Shown: positions 1-13,000 of the stretch, piece by piece | Numbering within the stretch: position 1 is the first letter of the stretch | How the letters are laid out: each line of letters starts with the position of its first letter | Assembly (NCBI GenBank): GCA_036172245.1 | Contig: JAYWIR010000025.1 | Coordinates: forward strand, 1,922,001-1,986,000 | DNA: 64,000 nt | Direction: 5' to 3' | Source: Raillietiella orientalis | Taxonomy: Eukaryota | Notes under the pieces: model-generated | Seen by the model: the letters and a program-made list of their open reading frames with translations, nothing else | The model's database searches: none | What the model was told of the DNA's origin: nothing | Made by a program: the position numbers and the translations under genes

Positions 1-3000
1 CAGCTGGGGAAAAATGGTCGTCTCCCCTCGCTGAGCTCCTCACGGATTCCCGATCTCGACTTGAAGAACTCCGGTGCTTCGTGGAATGTTTCAGGCAAGA
101 AGGTGCAGTCGGTTCGGAGATGCAAGAAAGATGGAATTTTTCCCTGAAGCAGCAGAATCTTGCTTCTTTTCCTTGAGGCCGGGAGTCCTCTGGGTTTGAA
201 GGAACTCGGCTGAAAGCTCCAGCGAGTTCTGGAACCGTTTCCTGGTAGCTGGATCAGGATGGACGAGGTGTTTTTCGTTTCTTCGCCCCAGCACACCCGC
301 CTCTCGACACGTCCTCTCGAAGACGCGCGCTTCTCGAAAGTCGAGGGCGGTTTCTCTTCGTCTGCAGAAGAACGTGAAGAAACAGTCCGTCCAACAGGCT
401 GCTGTTGCAGATCAACTCTTTTTTTCGGCAAGGTGGAAAATTTTTTTAACGTTTTTCTCCACTAGCAAAGAGTGACCACGAAAGTGCCGACCAAAAAAAG
501 AAAACGAAAAAGTTCGAGTGTCTAGCGACGGCAAAGCCCGGAGGGGCCAAGGAGTCCTCGAGCTCACCGAACTACGCGGAGTCCGGAGAGGAAGAGGAAA
601 AGGAGGCGAGTTGGGAGGAAAAAAGGAGGCCCCATGCGCCGTTTGAGAACGCCCTTGAGGCAGCATTCAAGGAATCAACAAACTGAACATTTCGCTCAGA
701 CATTTTCGCTCAGAGATGAGTGCTTGGCGCATCACTCGGAGCGCACCTGCGATATACACCATTCACGGAACGCGCGGCGTGCTGGAGGTGTTCGCGGGGC
801 ACGTGGTCCGCGGCAAGAGGAAGACCGTGGCTTTCACGTGGTGTGCTCCCCGAAGCGGCCAAGGAGGACTGTGACCTTCGAGACTGCGGTCATTAGCGAC
901 GAAGAGAAGAATGGACAAGAGCGAGTTGGTTCCTCTTGATTGTCGCCCGTCTCGCGAGAAAGGAGGACGAGAGCTTCTGGAGCTTGTGGTCGGTCGTCAG
1001 ATGGCCAAGGATTCTGCGAGGACTCAGCAGCCACTTCTCTAAGCACGCTGACCTTGAGGCTGCGGCAAAGAGAATCTGGTGAAGGAATGAGGAATGCGCC
1101 TCGTTCCACCGATCCCGGCAGCATCAAGTCCGTTCCCATACGACATGGTTCTGTCTCCTTTAGGAGCGATTCTTCTGTGGCCAGGTCTCTCTGCCTCCTT
1201 CTGCCATCCAAAGACCGCGCTGACTGCTCTGCTGGTCTGAGTACCACCCTCTCTCACCTCATCATGTCCCTTTGTCCGGCCTTCACTTCCGGAATGGATG
1301 ACCCAAACAGATTGCCAGAGAGTCAGAGCACCTGAGATGCTCCAGAAGGAGAGCGGAAGTCCTAACGGGAGCAGTTCGGCCACAACTTTCCCTTGATCCA
1401 GCAAGCTGGAAGCACAGGTCTCGCCCTTCGTTCCCTGTTTACTGGAAAGTAGCCCATCGGAAGGAGCTCCCTCGCTGAAGCCGTCTGTAGGTGGCTGGAG
1501 GAAGAATAACGACAAGTCAGCACTCTCAAGTGTCACAAAGGGCTGATGGGCCGAGAGTCGGCTTCACTGCTCCCTGGGAGAGAAATTGACTCTGGACGGT
1601 TCTATTCCCCCCTTCGCATGAGGCCTGATCCCCTCTCTCCCAGGAGTCTTAGCTAAAACCCATGACGAGCGCAGAAAAGTTGGTCCATCGTCCGGTGCGA
1701 GCAGCGATCGTTCCGTAAAATCGTCCCGCGTCCTGCTTGCGAATCTCGACGCGGCGGAGCCCCAGTTCTTCCTGGAATAGGAACTCCGACCTCTTCTTTT
1801 CTTTTTCTTTTTTTTTCTCGTGGTCACGGAAGACCTGCGTGAGGCAGCGAGAAATTGTTGTTGTGCGCGTGCGATGTTGCATCACTCTTTTTTTTTTTTC
1901 ACGCGAGGTGAGGGGACGAAATCCCGTTACTCCCTTCTTTGCTTCGCAGCGTTCAGGAGGTGGAGAGAAGTTTCGAAATCGCAGTCCCCTCTGGCACAGT
2001 TGCCATCCCCTCAAAGGAGGAACCGGGAAAAGATACACGCTGACTTCGTCCTGCAGCAGCAGGGGAAAGGAGGGGAGAAGAGGTGCACAGCTGCTGCGGC
2101 CGCTGCTGCTTCCTGTAGAGAAGGAACGGGACATTAGCCGGAACGGTTCATCCCGCGACCTCATTCCTTCTTCGTCTTCATTTCGAACCCAGTGCGGTAG
2201 TTCAGCTCAGCCGCTGACTTGGTCAATCACCACCCCGTTGCCTTGGGAAACGAAAAGTCGCAATTCCTCCTTCCGGAATAGCGAGACTTGAGACTTCCGG
2301 TACCTTGCAGCCGTTCCCTTCCTTTCCACTTCCCCCTGTCCTTGCCTGCTCTAGGACGAATCTTGTTTCCAGTGCTTGGATGTGTGGGAACGTGGATTTC
2401 TCCTGCTGAGCTCGAGGGCTCGCCGTGCATCTCTCCCCTCTTTATCCTCTCTAGTCCGTCGCTCCCCTCACTGTCATTGGCAGCGAAGAGGAGACATCAT
2501 CGAAAGATGTTAAGAATATTCCTTTGGGCTCTGAACTCTCGGGAGGTTCGTAGCCCAAAGGAAGGAGGAATCGCTGGGAGGCGGGTGGGGAAGGTGCTCG
2601 ACTGAGCCAAGTCTGACAAAGAGGGACCTTCGGTTAGCACTGATCAAACAAAGAGGTAGAGGAGCGAGGAGGCAGCATGCGAGGCACGCGGGATGCGTGG
2701 GGATGCGTCTCTACCCTCGCCGCTGCGCTTCCGTCGAGCACAACCAGCACCAGGCTTTCTCAGGGTCAGAGAGGACGGTGGATGGGCGGGTGGGTGGCTT
2801 TCGCAGCCTCCAGAGGAAGCTGGGCTCAGAGGAAGGTAGAACATCGACCTGATGCCTCCTTGCCGTGCTCCTGACCCACGCACTCCCGACTCACCCTCGA
2901 CCGAATGTCTTCCTGGGGCCGACGAAGGAAGATTCCCGCGCTGTGCTGAAGAGGGGTCGTTGTGGCAGCCTCTTGGGAGATCAGGAAGAATCCGAACAAA

Positions 3001-4073
3001 CCATGGGGAGCTCTCTGCATGCTCTCCAGTTGACTCATCTGGTGCTGCTTGTCTTCCTTTCCCTTTTTCCTCCTCCCTTTTTCCTCCTCCCTTCTTCCTC
3101 TCCTTCTCGATTCTCTTCCTTTCCTGTCCTCCTCTTCCTATCTAAACGATCTCGGCCAAAGCCTGACCTCCTCTTCGTCCATCCAATCCTCGAGGGCCGA
3201 AGAGGGATAGAAGTTACCCAGCAGCGAGAGGACAGTCCTGATGCTGCGACCGTCCAGTGCAGAGCGCTGAGAGGAGGACATTCTTGAGGAAACTGCAGCC
3301 GGAAGTCAGCCTTCCATCAGCACTGCCTGGTAAGGTGCCGGGGGCGAGGAAGGAGAGGGTCCTCACTCGCCACCCATAGCAGCCTGTGGAGAAACAAGTG
3401 AGAGGACGAGGGGAGTTTCTAGGAAAAGCTCGAGGGTGAGGGAGTCGTCTGGGTCGTCCTCTGCCGGTCCCATCGGTTGGACGGACTCGACATGCAGCTT
3501 CCGCGGAAGCGTGCGCCTCGGAGAGGAGGCGCAAGGCAGGTCTCGCGTGAGCGCGCGCGCTGTGGCTACCCGGTCCTGTTCAGGTGGCCACAGCACTTCC
3601 TTTTCTTATGAGTGCGACCAATGAGCAGGGCAACTTTCAATTGGGAAAGGGGGCGAAGTAGAGCGCCAAATATTGGATTTGAATATCGGCGCACGAGAGC
3701 TCCTCTCTCTGTCGTCGCGAAAAGTCAAAGGGCGCGGGGGAAGACGCGTGACTCCAGAAGCCGGGCTGGGGGCTCTCCCCCTCTCCTATGGACTCGGCAG
3801 GCTTTGAGGGCACGGGACGGCTTCCCGCTTCGCTGGAGGCTCGGTCGAGCAGACGAGGTGGGGAAGATGGTCTCCGTGGAGCTCCAGAGAGAGGGAAGGG
3901 GTAGGACGTGGGGGATCCATGAAAGAAGAGGACATCCGTGATGGTCCCCCTCCATTCCCCTCCTGATTCCCGTAATGGAAGGTCTCGGGATCTTTCGGTA
4001 GACATCTGCTGCCCCTGCACCCCAAGGGCAGCCGGAAAGCTCCTGTAGACGCTCATTGTTGTTCCCTCGCCAG

Positions 4074-7000
4074 ATCCCCAATCCCCAGGCCGAGGAATGG
4101 CTGACGCTTCTTCTGTGTGTCCTCAACACGAGCTTCGCCTACTTCCACCTGACGAGCTTCTTCTGGATGCTGATCGAAGGTAAGAGGAGCATCCTTTCCC
4201 CCAGGTCGCAGTCGCGCGCGGTTTATGTCGCACCTCGGGAGGGTCCACCTGCCAGCAGCTATCCTGCTCTCCTCCCAGTCCACCCGTTCGAGTGAGTGGC
4301 GTCCCACTCTGCGCTTCCGGCGTCATCCTCATTCCCTCAGTCGCTCCGTCGGCATGGCAGGATGGGGAATGCCCGGGGACTTGCTGCGTGTCACAATGGT
4401 GGTCCTATCCCCTTTCATCCCTTTCCTCCCCTCCCCTTGCGGACACGGATACAGCGCCTTCTTCGCAGTTCCACGTCGCATCTCTGGCGGGAGCCGGAGA
4501 GCCTTCTTCCTGGTCATAAGGCCGTCCGACCCTACGCCCCTCTCCCCTTTCTCTCTAAATGACAGTGTAGATAGCTCCTCCTCTCTCGGAGCAACTCGGA
4601 GCCACGTGAGGAACTGACACGGCTGGCAATGGCCCTGCAACATCCCGACGGGCGTTTTTGTGCACCCTGGAAGCTCTGCCTTGAAATCCCATCACGATCA
4701 GGAATGCTATGACCTTGCTCCCGCTCTCTCGCTGCCATGACGACCCGGGATAGAAATTAGGGGTGTCCGCCGGTCCCGAGATCGAAGATCAGAATCCGCC
4801 ATGCGCCTCTTCCCAGCACGAACATGGGTTGCACTCCCGAAGTCCCGCCTCCGTCATCAGTTTCTTCCTTCCCCATCCTGAAAAATGCTACAGGATGACT
4901 TCTTTCGCCGTAAATGTTTTCCTTCTCTCCCTCTCTTTGCGGCTCTTTTGGATGGATTCGGCACGTGGATCGGTTTCTTCCCGAGATCTCCATTCCCAGA
5001 GGACTCTCGCGCCCCTGCAATCACCTTGGCGATCTCCAGGACTTTTCCTCCTCCTGTTCTCTTCCTTATCCTTGTCCTCTTTTTCGTGATCATCAACTCT
5101 GTCCTCTTTCTCTCTTCCCCCTCCCCCTTCTCATCTTCTTCTTCGTCGTCGTCCTCCTCCTCCTCTTCATCTCCGTCCTTTTCCACTTTTCCCGGACGTC
5201 GAGATTCAGCAGATGAGCGGGAGCTGGGGGAAGTCCCTCGCTGGAAACGGAAGAGAAGCGAGAGGAAGATCGAGAGGAGAGGAAACGAACGACGGGGAGG
5301 AGAAACAGTTTCAACAATCCACCTCTCTGTGAGTATCCCAGCGGCATGCAGCACCTTGCCGGTGGCAGCTGAGGTCCACCGAGCGGCGCGCGGACCGACT
5401 ATGAGAGAAGATCCGAGGCTCCGCTCCCTCCGAGGAATGAGGGTGGATGGAGTGGGAATTTCCTTTCACAGGATGTCAATGGAAAGCCCAGAACGTGGCT
5501 TCCAGAAGAACGCATGCTACTTCCGACAAGATTCCTTTTCTGTCCCAAACCTCGCGCGCGCGCGTTGGTGGTGAACTTCGACCTAGCTGCTCCCCACCCC
5601 CTCTCCCAGCTCCGTCCTTCCCGCTTATAACGACCCTCCGCCTCCATCTCCATCTCCGACGTCGTGTCTGCCGACAACGCTTCTTCTTTTCGGTCCTCGA
5701 CCTCCTAGTGGGGTGGCATCTCTTTCCCGCGGAGACGCACTCGAGGCAAGCGGACAGCGACCCGAGAGACGCGTCCAGGTGAAGCGTTCCCTGAGGGCCC
5801 GTTCCCCATCCCCGTGAGCTGCCGCTGGAGGGGGATCGTTCCTGTCGGTCCTGAGGCCGGAAACGTGCGCGTGCGCCCCCTTCCCCCAGCGGGAAGAACT
5901 ATCGCCTCCCTGAGAGCGGCGGCACTCCTCTCGCTTCAGGATTTTATCTGTTCATGCTGGTGGTCCAGACGTTCCGGGCGGATCTCATCAGGCTGCGGTA
6001 CTACGTGCTGTTCGGATACGGTAAGTGCCTGTTCCCTGGGGTAGGATGCAAAGGAGAAGGGGAATGCCCCTGAGGAGGGAACTCTGCAGCGCGTCTTCTG
6101 CTTCTGAGGACGCCACCAAGTCGGGTTCTCTGGGTTCGAATCCTCCCACCGCCACAGACCTCCGGATTCAGGAGGAGGGGAGGCTGCAGCGGCAACCTCT
6201 AGGTCTGCAGCAGCAGCTGCGCGGCGCCCCGATGCTCCCACCAAGCCTCAGTGGGGAACGGGGATTGCGACGCTGCTACCGTAAGGCCCAAGTCGGTGGA
6301 TCGCAGAACTCTTCCCTTGCCTTGTTTGAACGGGATTCTCTGTCCGCGTCCTCCGCCCCCTTGCTGCGATGGGGACCCGAGATCGAGATCTGGGGTGTCC
6401 GTCGGTTCCGAGAATAGAAGTCCAGAATCCTCCATGTACCTCTTCCCAGGTTGGCTGCTCGCCTTCGATCTCCCTCCGCGCCATCTCGCAGATCCCGCCG
6501 AGGAAGACGAACGAGAATCGAAATGTCTGCTGGAAACTTTCTAGTCCCTACGAGAGGCGGCTGGACCAAGCGACTTCCGGTCTCTAGGGATTCCACGCGA
6601 CCCCATCCCACCTCGGGGTTCCCCTGGGTCGAAGCGGGCACTAGGTCCGGTCTGGGCACCACCAGTGTCGCTGGTATCCAGAATCTGCCATGGGGCGATG
6701 GAGAGGATTCTCGACTGCTCCATGCTCATCATTTCTCTCTCGGGACTCAGAGGACACGGACCGACCCCGAACTGGCAGCCCTCGGTCGCGCAGGTCTCCC
6801 TCCGCCATCCGATTCCAGTCGGCCTCTGGTAGATCCGAGCGTGCAGTCCTTCCTTCCTCCCCTTCCTCACTCCCGATAGCTTCCCCCGGTAGCGCGGTCT
6901 CGTAGGTGGTGATCCTCGAGAAACAGAAGGCGCGCGCTTCCAGTTGACCCAGGGTGGTTGCACTGGAGACTTGCGGCTTTGCCCGAGAGGGTCGTTCTGC

Positions 7001-10000
7001 TCAGGGATGTTGCGCGCTCGGTCCTCGGAGTCCGAGAGGAAGAGAGCAGCCCGTCGTCCGTCAATCCTGCTGCTGCATCTGCAACACCGTAGGCCTGTCT
7101 CTTCATCTGTGCCTTTTCTCCCTTTCCTCTCTTGCCTTTGCGCTTTCGACTCGCTAGGATCGTCCGTCGGCCGTTCTGTCGCACTCCTGCAGGACGCTCA
7201 CGACGTGTGGCGATTTCTCATGGACTCTAAAGCTAATGACGGCCATCCAAAGCTCCCTTATTCCTGATAGGCGAAAACAGATGCGCGTCTTCTTGCTCCC
7301 CGAGTTCAGGAACCTTCCTTGTGTTCCTTCTTGTCTGTCAACCAAATTCTACAGTTGTCCTTTGTCCATCTGCGATTTATGTGCATGTGAGCGCCCGTCT
7401 GTTGTCCGTATGTCTACTCATGACCTCATTTACTTGTTATTCTTGTCCTTAGCGCTTATTTGTGGATCCTTCTCGGGCATCTGTGGGAATTCATCTCCAT
7501 TCCGGTCTGACATCAACTTGTCCGCCCTCGTTCTCTCCCTCTTGTCCATCACTGTGCTTTGTCTGCTTGTCCATCCTCGTCCTCTGTGTACGTGCCCGTT
7601 TTTGACCGTCATCCATGTGTGCATTCTTGTACTCTCCCTTCGTGCCATTTTTTTGCCAGAAAAATGTTCCCACCGTCACTATTCCAGGGAGTTCCCTGAT
7701 CCTGATGGTGGGATGGATCAGCTCCAATTTCCAGATGCACCACGACGTGGCTGTTGAGGCAGATGAGGTTAGTTGATGCCGGTGAGCGTATCCACTGGCT
7801 GTTCGCTCTAAAGTAGCCTGTGAACCAAGCAAGAAGGGAAGGGAAGCGGTGGGGAAGAAGGGGAAGGGAAAGGATCAGAACGATCGGATTCAGCGCGTGG
7901 GCGAGCTGCCGGGAGAAGGTTGTTGCTGATTCCATCGGATAGCTCTCTTCTCTCCAGAACGCGACGTCCGTCGGCGACAGGTTCTGCCCGTGGATGGTGG
8001 CACAGCAGGACGTGTCCTACCACGACTGGATCTTCCTCTGCCCTGCACTCGTAGTCCTCGCTGTGAACTGCATCTTTCTTTTCCTGGTGATGAGGGTGAG
8101 TGGGCGCAGCGCCGACGCTGACCCGTCTGACCTCCGTCTTTCCTTCTTGTGCCCTTTCCTCCTCCCTTCCCTTCCCCTCCAGGTCCTCATCGTGAAGCTG
8201 CGGTCGGTGAGATCGCTGGAGGTCGGACAGTACTTGAAAGCCGCGAAAGCCTTGCTCATCCTCATACCGCTGCTGGGTCTCACCTACGTCGTGGTTTTTG
8301 CGGGACCCAGCCAGGAGCCCTGGGCTACCGTGTTCGCCTACATCAGGGCGATCCTCATTTCTACCCAAGTAAGCCCTTCTCTTTTCTTCTTCCCTTCTTT
8401 TGAGGCTTCGCTGTGTTCTTGTTGTTGCCTTTCCTCTTTCCGGGGATGTCCAGGACGCCTTCCCCTCCCTCCTCCGGCATCGGACACAGGGCACAGCTCG
8501 CTCCTCAGATTCACAGTCTCTGCTCCCCCGGAGCCGAAGCATCCACAGAACGTGCTCTCTTGCGACCTGAGGCTGACGTCCGCTCCTTGCCCTCCAGTCA
8601 AGTCTCGCCGAGCGCTTTGCTGCTTCATACGCTCCCCAGCAATGCGAAGCCTCCACCCCCACCTCCCTCTGGTTGAAAGGAGGCAACGTTGCCAAAGTGG
8701 AGGCGCCACTTGCCGACCGTCTCCTTGTCCGTTCTGGTCGGCCAACTCCGCTGTCGCCTCCTCGTGGAGCTCCTGCCTTCCCGAATCTTCTTGCGGAGCG
8801 AAGGACCTCCGTCCACAGAGTGTCGACTGCGCCGCGACCTGAATATGTTCTTTTTGCCTACTTATGTATTCATTTTATTCTCCCCTCCCCCCTTCTATTC
8901 CCCCTAACCCCTATGTCATCCGCGGATCCAATGGAGACCAGGCTCATCCCGATCTTCCACACGTGTTGAAACGAAGACGAGTTTGAATGTCTCTAGGCTG
9001 GCAGGGTCGCCGTTCACATCCAGCCCCGGGTCAGCAAGGGGACAGAGGCCTTTGCCTCCTCCAACAAATGCTCACACCCTTCTGGAGAACAGAAGCGTCG
9101 CGTGGTCTCCACTGCTTCCGTTCAGGGCATTGCCTCCTTGACGCGGGTAGAGAGGGGAGGGGCATTGCGTCGGGGCTAGACATGACAGATCTGATGAATA
9201 AGGGGGGGCACCGGCCGGCATTCGTGTGAGCGACGCGAGAGGAACTTCGTCTCTGCTGGACAGAGCATCCCACAAGAGAGCGGAGGCCTTCCTGCGCGAA
9301 GAAGGAGGCAGGAATCGAATCGCTCCGGACCTGTGATGCGGAGATCCTTCTGTGACGGTCAGAAACCAGAATCAAGAGGGAAGAAGAGGGAAAACCTGCA
9401 TCAAGAAGCCCAGAGAAAGAGGAGGATTGTCTTCCCAGGAATTTCAGATGCTTCAGGGGTCACCGTGCTAGGGAGTGCAGCAGCCTCCAAGATGTGAGGA
9501 AGCCGCTTGGATGGCGAAGACTTCCAGGAAATCTTTTTGCAAGTCCTCATTCAGCATCAACAATGGACGGTTTTGCTAGTTCGTCAGCTACATGTCGAGA
9601 CGAAGAGAAGACCAGGAGGATGGTGCAAGAAACGAAACTGAGCTTCCTCTCTTGAGAACTCAGTGTGGAGAGAAGAGGACGCCTGGTACACGGAGTGGGC
9701 GCTTCCGCAGCTTAACAGGAAAAAAAAACCTCCTCATTGCCAAAATCCCATGACCACTGTTGTCATCACCATTCTTTTCCTCTTCCTCCTCTCCTCCCTG
9801 TACTTCCCCTACGATTTGTAATACTGATGCTGCACCCGTTCCTCCCCATGGAGATGCAATGCTGCTTTCGCTCCTCCCAGGAGAAAGACTCCAGCCATGG
9901 CCAAATTAATTTCGAATGCAGGAAAGAATCGCGCGCCCAGACCTCCACTTTTGAATTTCCAGCGAAAGATGCTGAGCCGCTCGCCAAAGCGGGTTTGGGC

Positions 10001-13000
10001 AGTGGCAAGGGGTCCTTCCTCACTGCAACAGAAACGCGTATCCGGAATCTCTTTCTTTGTGGGGGAACCTCTCTGGAGGATGGTCGGTCCTCAAAATGGA
10101 GAGTGGTTTGTGCATGAGCAGGCAGAGCAGCGGCGAATCGACGTCTCCTCCTTGCAAACCTGCGAGGGACCAGCTGCGAACGCCACGTCTAGCTGGAGAC
10201 GAGAAGCAAGGCGGACGGCAGCAACCACCGATTGAATTCCCTCCGTCCGAGCTTCCAGTGATCTCTCGGAAGGCGCAGGTCCTGCTCAGGAGCGCCACCC
10301 CCTTCTCGACGAGTCTCAAGCTCAAGAAAGTAGATGCATTTGCAAGGAGGCTCGTTCCCGGAGCGCTCATCTGCCCAGAATCCGTTTCTCCGGAGTTTCG
10401 GAGGCCGGGTGATGAACGCCACTCGCCTCCGCCGGCACTGATTCGGAGTGGCTCATCCCTGCATCCGTCTGGCGAAGGATGAAGGGAGCAGGGCAGCGTG
10501 AGGCAAGAGAGTGGCTAGCGGTAGACTGCCGCTGGAACAGAGCATGATCTCAGAGCAGTCGTGGGTTCTCTTGGAGCTGGCGTGCTCTTCTGCAAGAAGT
10601 GTAACGATTTCCTGCTTTGGATGAACTCCTTGAAGGAATCCTTCCGAGAAAGTGGCGTTTCACCATAACTGTGGCATATCCACACGAACTGCTTACAGAG
10701 AGGAAGTGGTTTTTTTTTCCCTCGTTCCACAGCCATCTTGTTTCGCAACCACTCTTGAGGATGTGCCGATCTTGCAGATGCAAACCGAGTTGCGTGCCAA
10801 ATCAGCAAAATGCACCTTTTCCCGAACGTTTGGTAGCTCCTTTGAACACTAAGCATTCAAAATGTTCGCAATGAACCGAGGCATGGGACCGAGACCTCTT
10901 TTCGTGAATCGCTGAGCATGGCTGCTCATGATTTCCGAATCTTCGCTTCGTTCTAGAGAATGGGCACTTCCTTTCCGACCGTTCCCATGCCAACGATCTT
11001 CCGCTTCTTCGATCTGTGAGAGCAGTCGGAATCGGAATGGCTAATCAGAAGCAATCGCCTGTTATCTCCAATTTTCGGCAGTGAAGTTTGCGATCGTACG
11101 AAAGAGAACACTTCCGCATTGGGAAGCAGTGCGAGGTAGAGCGGGAAGCGAGATTTTTCGGCTCGAGTACGTCCTCCGAATGCATGCGCCATCTTTGCGA
11201 CCAGCAAGCGCCCGTCGGCGACCCTGTTACCACTGGTTACCATTCGAGTGCGAACTCGTGGATGTGAGCCGTCGAGAGAATGAACTTGTTATTTCTTATC
11301 TGCGAGATCAGAGCGAAATGGCCCGTACGCCTTGAAAGTTGTAAAGATGTCCATCCGACATACCAAAAGCACAGAATCTAGAAGGCGGGTTTTCAGCAGG
11401 AGCAGAGATCGTCTTTGTCACCGTCTGACTATCATTTCACAAGTCATTTATGGTCTGTAGCCTCAGCTCTTCCCGATGCTTATCCCTCATATCATAAGCA
11501 GTGGGTGTGCCAAACAAATATGCAGATGCGGGAGTAAAGCTACTCGAAGACAAACGCAGTGGGTGTTCGTTCTGAGTCGCTGAGAACCCTTAGAAGCAAA
11601 CAGTACAGCACTGACGGTAGTAACAGTTGTGGAATTCTTCTGTGGTTGATGCCTTGCAAGAAAAAAAAGTTTAGTTGGAATCCTCTACTTATGTAAACAG
11701 GAAATCTGTGGTCGATCCACCAAGTCGATCACTGGCTCGACAGAGACTAAATGGCGTCCGTTGGTCGGAAATGGAAAAAAAAAAAAAAAAAAAAGCTCAA
11801 CAGATCAGAACTGCTATCGAATACGGGAATCGGCAGCGCAAAAATCTCTTTGCATCATCGTCCGATAACGTGGCGTCACATGCACTTTAGATTAGAACAT
11901 GGACCGATGCACCAGATTCGACTAGCGACGGAAGGTTGCAGAACGGGTAAGTTCCTCATCTGCAATTCTGTTGTGTGGAGAGATAATGAGCCACGTCATT
12001 CCGGTAAATGGTCATAATTGGAACCATTCGAAACCTGCGTTCGAAGAAAGATGGCTTCCAGAATCAGTTTTCCGTTCTCATTCGGAAAACAAACCACAAA
12101 GATCACGGAAGTGGATAGAGTGGCCTCTTCGAGGCGAAACGATCGACTTTGCCGGAAAAAGTTTCGCGCCGGTTTCGAGGTTTCAAACAGGACGTTTCGC
12201 GAGCGCAGCAGCCCTGCGCCGTCGAGGAAATACCCGTTCTTTCGGGACCCCCTCTCGCACGTGAACGGCATCAGGGCTGCTCAAACTTTAAAGAAGCAAA
12301 GAGCAGCTAATCATCAGCGAGACTGAGGAGGCAATGGCAACGCGTCACCCCTGAGTGCACTCAACCAAAAATAGAAACCCAGTTTTTGACTTATTGAAAT
12401 GAATGATTGTATGGGTGTCCTGGGGTTTGTGTTTGACTGGGATGCTGGGATCACCGTTGTCTGGGAAGGAGCCAAATCGTGAGGGCAAGGTGTGCTTGAG
12501 ATGCGGCACGGAGTTACTTGTTTCCACCTGAATCTCCCTCCTGGCAAAAACCAAATAGTGAGTTTGTCAGAAAGTCGTGTCAAGCGGCTTGTTCGTACAT
12601 TTCTTGTACTGCCAACCACTGACAAGCGGACGTCAGTAAGTACTTTTCTTCTCAGCAAGATGAACGTTTCTCAACTCTTGGCGAAATTGTCTTGATGGCG
12701 CACCTGTTACCTCCGAACAGACGACATCCATGCCGGGAAACAAGCAGGAAAGTTTTGGTTAAGACAAACAGAACGGAAACCAGGAACTGAGGCTCGCTCC
12801 TCGGAGGATACTGATTAAGGGATGCGTGAACTTCCACAAGACCATGAGGAAGAGTTTCATCTAGGGACACTTGAACTTCTTGAGCAGCGGTAGCTGTGGA
12901 ACAAGTCATTCGAAAAAATTTGCTCATGATCACGTTTGGGAGGAATCATGCACTCCTAAAAGATTGTGTTCCGGGAAGGACAATGATCGTTTTCGACATG

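Noticed and set aside
1..4073. Expected ECD, TM1 and TM2 exons of the receptor, and many overlapping GC-rich ORFs
   Set aside because: I found no class B TM1/TM2 motif with splice sites. The ORFs are low-complexity and Ser/Arg/Pro-rich, typical of non-coding GC-rich DNA.
4885..5574. 229-aa ORF with a hydrophobic stretch and poly-Ser
   Set aside because: It is explained by a CT-rich low-complexity tract and shows no recognisable domain.
6085..6154. tRNA-like GGTTCGAATCC...CCA (similar motifs at about 32946 and 50281)
   Set aside because: No cloverleaf can be built and the T-arms are imperfect. At best these are SINE remnants.
7808..8695. 295-aa minus-strand ORF
   Set aside because: It is the antisense shadow of the GC-rich receptor exons.
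12640..12800. Minus-strand LVSVLFVLT and SRQFRQEL, reminiscent of class A GPCR TM6 and helix 8
   Set aside because: The pieces are in different frames, there is no NPxxY-like motif, and the matches are too short.
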